This document shows, in pieces, positions 20,594 through 24,000 of a DNA stretch of 24,000 nucleotides (position 1 is its first letter; each line of letters begins with the position of its first letter). Both the position numbers and the translations under genes were made by a program. The stretch lies in contig JBEPYN010000001.1 of NCBI GenBank assembly GCA_041641305.1, positions 353,660-377,659 on the forward strand, given 5' to 3'. Origin of the DNA: Nitrososphaerota archaeon (GTDB taxonomy: Archaea > Thermoproteota > Nitrososphaeria_A > Caldarchaeales > Caldarchaeaceae). Under the pieces are notes generated by a model. The model saw only the letters and a list, made by a program, of their open reading frames with translations, did no database searches and was not told the DNA's origin.

Positions 20594-20981
20594 GAAGCTG
20601 TCGACGTTGAAGGAGAAGATGTTTGAAGAGATTAGGGATGAATTATGTGGAGATTCTTTTCTTGTGATTTTGTTTGGGTCGCGGGCGAGAGGTGAGGAGA
20701 CTCCGTTAAGTGATTATGATCTTCTAGTAATTAGAGAACATGGTGGTGATAGGGTCGTGTTAAAGTGGCCTGCTCAAATCTTCAGCTACACGGTTGACGA
20801 GGTGTTTGAGGAGCTGCGGCGTCTCAATACCTTGGTTCTGGATGCTGTTTTGGAGGGGCGTTTTCTATGCGGGGATGCACAGCTCTTTGAGAGATTGAGG
20901 AAAGAGGCGGAGACAATCGTCGAGAAGAGGCGGTTGAGGAAGGCTGAGAATGGATGGGTTTTCCGAGACGACGGTGTCTAG
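20565..20981 (+). CDS. minimal nucleotidyltransferase (MNT, Pol-beta superfamily)
   Basis: LFGSRARGEETPLSDYDLLVI carries the GS...DxD catalytic signature. The ATG at 20565 overlaps HEPN by 29 nt; the ATG at 20619 is an alternative start. Confidence 0.8.
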   Translation: MSTSWANISRKLSTLKEKMFEEIRDELCGDSFLVILFGSRARGEETPLSDYDLLVIREHGGDRVVLKWPAQIFSYTVDEVFEELRRLNTLVLDAVLEGRFLCGDAQLFERLRKEAETIVEKRRLRKAENGWVFRDDGV

Positions 20982-21334
20982 AAGGTGAGGATGGTGAAGC
21001 CGTTCAACGCGGCTTCGGCGACGACTGCGGTTGAGTCATCTGCTATGAAGAGGGTTTTGTCTATTTTTTCCTCGAGTTTGTATACGCGGAGGTTGCCCGC
21101 GCATACTGTGCATCTTGCACCTGCTTGGTTCAGTTCTGTTGCATATTTTTTGACGATGTGGTAGTTTTGGTTTTCGGGGTCGAGGAGAGTGGTTCCTGGT
21201 CCGACGAAAAGTAGTTTCACCTCGCTTGCGATTTTTTCCTTGGCAATGTTTCTGGCTATGCGGAGGCCTTGTCTTGCTTTCTCGAAGTCGTTTGGGCCTG
21301 AGAGGATGATGAAGAGGAGGCGGGTCTGGCTCAT
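20978..21334 (-). CDS. DsrE/DsrF/TusD-like sulfur-relay-fold protein
   Basis: 118 aa. N-terminal LLFIILSGPNDFEKARQGLRIA, VKLLFVGPG, Cys-containing ARCTVCAGNL, and a C-terminal ...GFTILTF ending resemble the DsrE-family pattern. The ATG overlaps the leuS stop as ATGA. Confidence 0.6.
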   Translation of the reverse strand: MSQTRLLFIILSGPNDFEKARQGLRIARNIAKEKIASEVKLLFVGPGTTLLDPENQNYHIVKKYATELNQAGARCTVCAGNLRVYKLEEKIDKTLFIADDSTAVVAEAALNGFTILTF

Positions 21335-24000
21335 TTCACTACAACGTATATGGCTGGCTTAAGCGGCAGGGCCTGCCTCGCCTTAGCCCTCTCCCTATCA
21401 TCAGATGCGTCATTCTCACCGTGTAATATCGCCTCTATGCCGAGCTCGTGTCGGATAAAGTCCGCGAGGTCTTTGACGAGTTTTGCCTCGTTCTCCAGCA
21501 GCTGTGCGACCACCGATGCCGGCTGCTGTGTCAGCGAAGATGCTTTCTGAGTCAAGTCTCTGATGTGATCGGCTATTTTCCGGATTGTGGCTGGGTCTTG
21601 TCTGAGGAGGTCGGGCCTGTTTCTTTTCACCGCCTCGAAGCCGTTTTGCTCTTGGCTGGATAGCATCACCTTCGCCGCCTCGTGTTTCCACCCAGCTGCG
21701 CTGTATAGCTTGACCTCGACGGGCGTGCCTTTCACCAGGCCCAGAACCTCACGCACATCAGAGACCAGACCCTCTAACACCATTTCCGAGAAAAGCACCC
21801 TCGCCCTCTCCATGCCCGTCGATGACCTGGGCCACTCCTGAAGAGAGGCATATCCCTTTTTTCCTAGCCTCTCCCACGCCTCTTCGGCGGCGAAGGGCGC
21901 GAACGGAGAGAGGATGAGAACCCATTTCTCCGCGAACATCTTTGCCGCACGTGTTATCTTCTCTCCGTTTCTTCTAATGTACCAGCGCCAGTTGTTGAGC
22001 ATGCCGTAGACAGCTTCGCTGCACGCCGACCTCGTCTTCAGCTTCTCCAAGTTCTCTGAAACAATCTCGCAGCTTCTATCTGTGGCCGCGAGAAGCCATT
22101 CATCGCAGGGCCCCTGTTCATCGCTGGCCTCGTTGGCTATTTTCTCGATTATTGAGAGGAAGTTTTTGACGAATGCGCCTGCTTCCTCCGCTGCTTTTTC
22201 ACGCCAGTCAGGGTCGTCAAGGTCCTCGGCGCTTAGTAGAAGAGCGAGCCTCGTCGCGTCGCTTCCATGCCGTGCAAGGGCCTGCTTGAGCGTCACGAAG
22301 TTTCCCCTGCTCTTCGACATCTTGTTTCCCTCGATGGTTATCATACCGTTCACCGCCACACCCCTTGGCCAATGCCTCTCCTCGAAAATCCCCGTGTGGT
22401 GGAAAAGGTAGAAGGTTAGATGGTTTGCGACGAGATCCTTCCCCGAAACACGGAGATCTACACCATACCAGTGGAGAAACTCTCTCCTCATGGATTCGAT
22501 GTGCTCCAGCTCTATGCCGTATTTTTCGGCGAGGCGGCGGGGGTCTCCCAGCCCGAGGAAAACGTAGTCGAAGACGTCGACGCCGAGCTTTGCAGCCTTC
22601 TCGGGGAACTTGTTGAGGATGTTGCTTATTGTGTAGAGTGCTGGGTAGATGGTTGAGTCGCTGAGCGTCTCTATTATCCATGACGGGTCCCATGGAAGAC
22701 GTGTGCCTAGACCGGTTCTCCGCGTGCATGCCCAGTCATGAAGCCAGTCAACAACATTCAGCAGCCAAGACCGCGCAGCCTCCGGATACACATTCATCGA
22801 GGAGATGAGACGCTTCACCTTTGCTTTCCACTCCGGGTTTGAGAAGTTGAGGAACCACTGGTCATCAACAATCTTGACTATGCACTCGTCGCCTGACCTG
22901 CAGATGACTTTGCCCGAAAGGTCGTAGAAAACATCGCCGTCACCGTTTTGCTTTAGCCGCTCAATGACCTGTTCCCGAGCAGCCGAGACCGAGACACCGC
23001 GAAATTCTTCGACAACCATTTTCCCAGAGTAGAACTCCTTGGAATAGATTTCTCTGGTCAAATCCTCGAGCCGCTCATCCAATTGGCTTGTTATCCCCGC
23101 TTTCTCAACCGCATCTACAGCAGGATGCTCTCCCAATCCCGGTGTCTCTATCACCTTGATGAGCCGTATCATTTCTGCGAGCTTGGGGTCCAATCCTTTT
23201 TCCCGCAGCTTGTCGGGGTTTGTTTTGAGTTCTTTGACGGCGATGTAGTCGTAGGGTGCATGGGCTGGTACGCTGTAGACAACTCCCGTACCGAGCGAGA
23301 CATCCACAAACTCTGCGGGGAGAATGGGGACACTCCTGCCTGTGAACGGTGACTTGACATATCTGCCCAGAAGCTCGCGGCCATGTATCTCCTCCAACAC
23401 TTTGCCAAGACCAAGCTGCTCTCCCAGCTTCGCTGCAGCCTCCCTGCTCATCATGAGCCTGACACCGTTCCGCTCAACCACCTGGTAAACACCTTCGGGG
23501 TGTATCCAGAGGTTTGTCACACCGAATATCGTCTCGGGCCTCAGAGTAGCGGCCGCGAGCTTAACCCCATCCAGCTCGAAGAAGACCATGGTGTATTCCT
23601 CAGGGTATATGCCTTCTCCACGGAGTCTGTCGTGGTCGCCTGTCGCGCTCTGGCATTTTGGGCACCAGACGACGGGGTGACGTCCCTGAACAAGCATCCC
23701 ACTGCGCCTAAGCACATGATACTGCCACTCGATGAACCTGCTATAGTAGGGGTGGAGATCTGTCGTGTGAAATTCGCGGTTCCAGTCAACCGACCAGCCC
23801 ATCGCGTCCACGACTTTCCTGTTTTCGGCGGTGTAGTATGCGCAGATGAACTCGGGATGCGTGAAGTGGCTTAGTAGGCTTTCGGGGACGCCGTCTATCT
23901 CGAGAAGCATTCTTCTGACGGATTCGTCGCCTTTCTTCAGCCTCTCGCTGGTCCCTGCCACAGCCTCGCCAGTCCAGTGCCACGCCCATGGAAACAACAC
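21331..24000 (-). CDS. leuS: leucine--tRNA ligase, archaeal type; N-terminus (including the HIGH region) lies beyond the window
   Basis: KMSKSRGN class I signature, large CP1/editing-type insertion, and an N-terminal visible segment VLFPWAWHWTGEAV that resembles the LeuRS region after HIGH. The frame is open to the window edge. Confidence 0.93.
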   Translation of the reverse strand: MLFPWAWHWTGEAVAGTSERLKKGDESVRRMLLEIDGVPESLLSHFTHPEFICAYYTAENRKVVDAMGWSVDWNREFHTTDLHPYYSRFIEWQYHVLRRSGMLVQGRHPVVWCPKCQSATGDHDRLRGEGIYPEEYTMVFFELDGVKLAAATLRPETIFGVTNLWIHPEGVYQVVERNGVRLMMSREAAAKLGEQLGLGKVLEEIHGRELLGRYVKSPFTGRSVPILPAEFVDVSLGTGVVYSVPAHAPYDYIAVKELKTNPDKLREKGLDPKLAEMIRLIKVIETPGLGEHPAVDAVEKAGITSQLDERLEDLTREIYSKEFYSGKMVVEEFRGVSVSAAREQVIERLKQNGDGDVFYDLSGKVICRSGDECIVKIVDDQWFLNFSNPEWKAKVKRLISSMNVYPEAARSWLLNVVDWLHDWACTRRTGLGTRLPWDPSWIIETLSDSTIYPALYTISNILNKFPEKAAKLGVDVFDYVFLGLGDPRRLAEKYGIELEHIESMRREFLHWYGVDLRVSGKDLVANHLTFYLFHHTGIFEERHWPRGVAVNGMITIEGNKMSKSRGNFVTLKQALARHGSDATRLALLLSAEDLDDPDWREKAAEEAGAFVKNFLSIIEKIANEASDEQGPCDEWLLAATDRSCEIVSENLEKLKTRSACSEAVYGMLNNWRWYIRRNGEKITRAAKMFAEKWVLILSPFAPFAAEEAWERLGKKGYASLQEWPRSSTGMERARVLFSEMVLEGLVSDVREVLGLVKGTPVEVKLYSAAGWKHEAAKVMLSSQEQNGFEAVKRNRPDLLRQDPATIRKIADHIRDLTQKASSLTQQPASVVAQLLENEAKLVKDLADFIRHELGIEAILHGENDASDDRERAKARQALPLKPAIYVVVK

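Noticed and set aside
21350-23989. Numerous 60-170-aa ORFs on both strands inside leuS (for example 22217-22729 minus in another frame, 22365-22616 plus, 23383-23874 plus)
   Set aside because: These are Arg/Pro/Gly-rich translations typical of off-frame reading of a GC-rich gene, and the LeuRS frame is continuous and motif-bearing. The initial M shown for leuS at 24000 is only the window edge.
1-24000. CRISPR arrays, rRNA genes, IS elements, long tandem repeats
   Set aside because: I noticed no regularly spaced direct repeats, no transposase-like ORFs and no rRNA-like conserved stretches on either strand. The coding genes and tRNAs account for almost the whole window.

Overview
Gene-dense archaeal chromosomal segment. 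It looks crenarchaeal/Thermoprotei-like: A/T-rich TATA-like boxes sit 22-32 nt upstream of first-in-operon start codons with no room for a Shine-Dalgarno leader, GTG/TTG starts are frequent, and it carries a UPF0216/DUF61 gene, an archaeal-type LeuRS and tRNAs without encoded CCA. I support 27 protein-coding genes and 2 tRNAs (His-GUG, Arg-UCU). leuS is truncated by the right edge, and the left edge holds one weak possible gene tail. Left to right: two small Rieske ferredoxin-like genes bracketing trxB; a Zn-ribbon membrane protein; a macro-domain protein; an unknown 105-codon ORF coupled to a KsgA/Erm-like methyltransferase; tRNA-His; a processive GT2 synthase; a Trm112-like Zn protein; lutC plus a LutB-LutA fusion; RidA; a small membrane protein; UPF0216; tRNA-Arg. 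Then come a complete peptide-type ABC importer (two permeases divergent from a ~916-aa C-terminally anchored binding protein and two ATPases), a NitT/TauT-type ABC importer, a HEPN/nucleotidyltransferase pair, a DsrE-like protein and leuS. I saw no rRNA, CRISPR, transposase, integrase or phage genes. Nothing here can be called a new system from sequence alone. The best leads are: (1) the unknown ORF joined by a TGATG stop/start overlap to a divergent KsgA/Erm-family methyltransferase and sharing one TATA element head-to-head with a macro-domain gene; (2) the Rieske-trxB-Rieske-membrane Zn-ribbon cluster with no conventional Rieske partner nearby; (3) an unbroken heptad (coiled-coil) stalk between the peptide-binding protein and its membrane anchor; (4) a LutB-LutA fusion whose first CCG domain has lost all cysteines; (5) leuS translationally coupled to a DsrE/TusD-like gene; (6) a 12-bp-stem inverted repeat and an 18-nt palindrome in the promoter region shared by the HEPN/MNT pair and the NitT/TauT operon; (7) an AT-shifted composition of the peptide ABC locus next to tRNA-Arg. 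All functional calls rest on motif recognition by eye; no database search was run.
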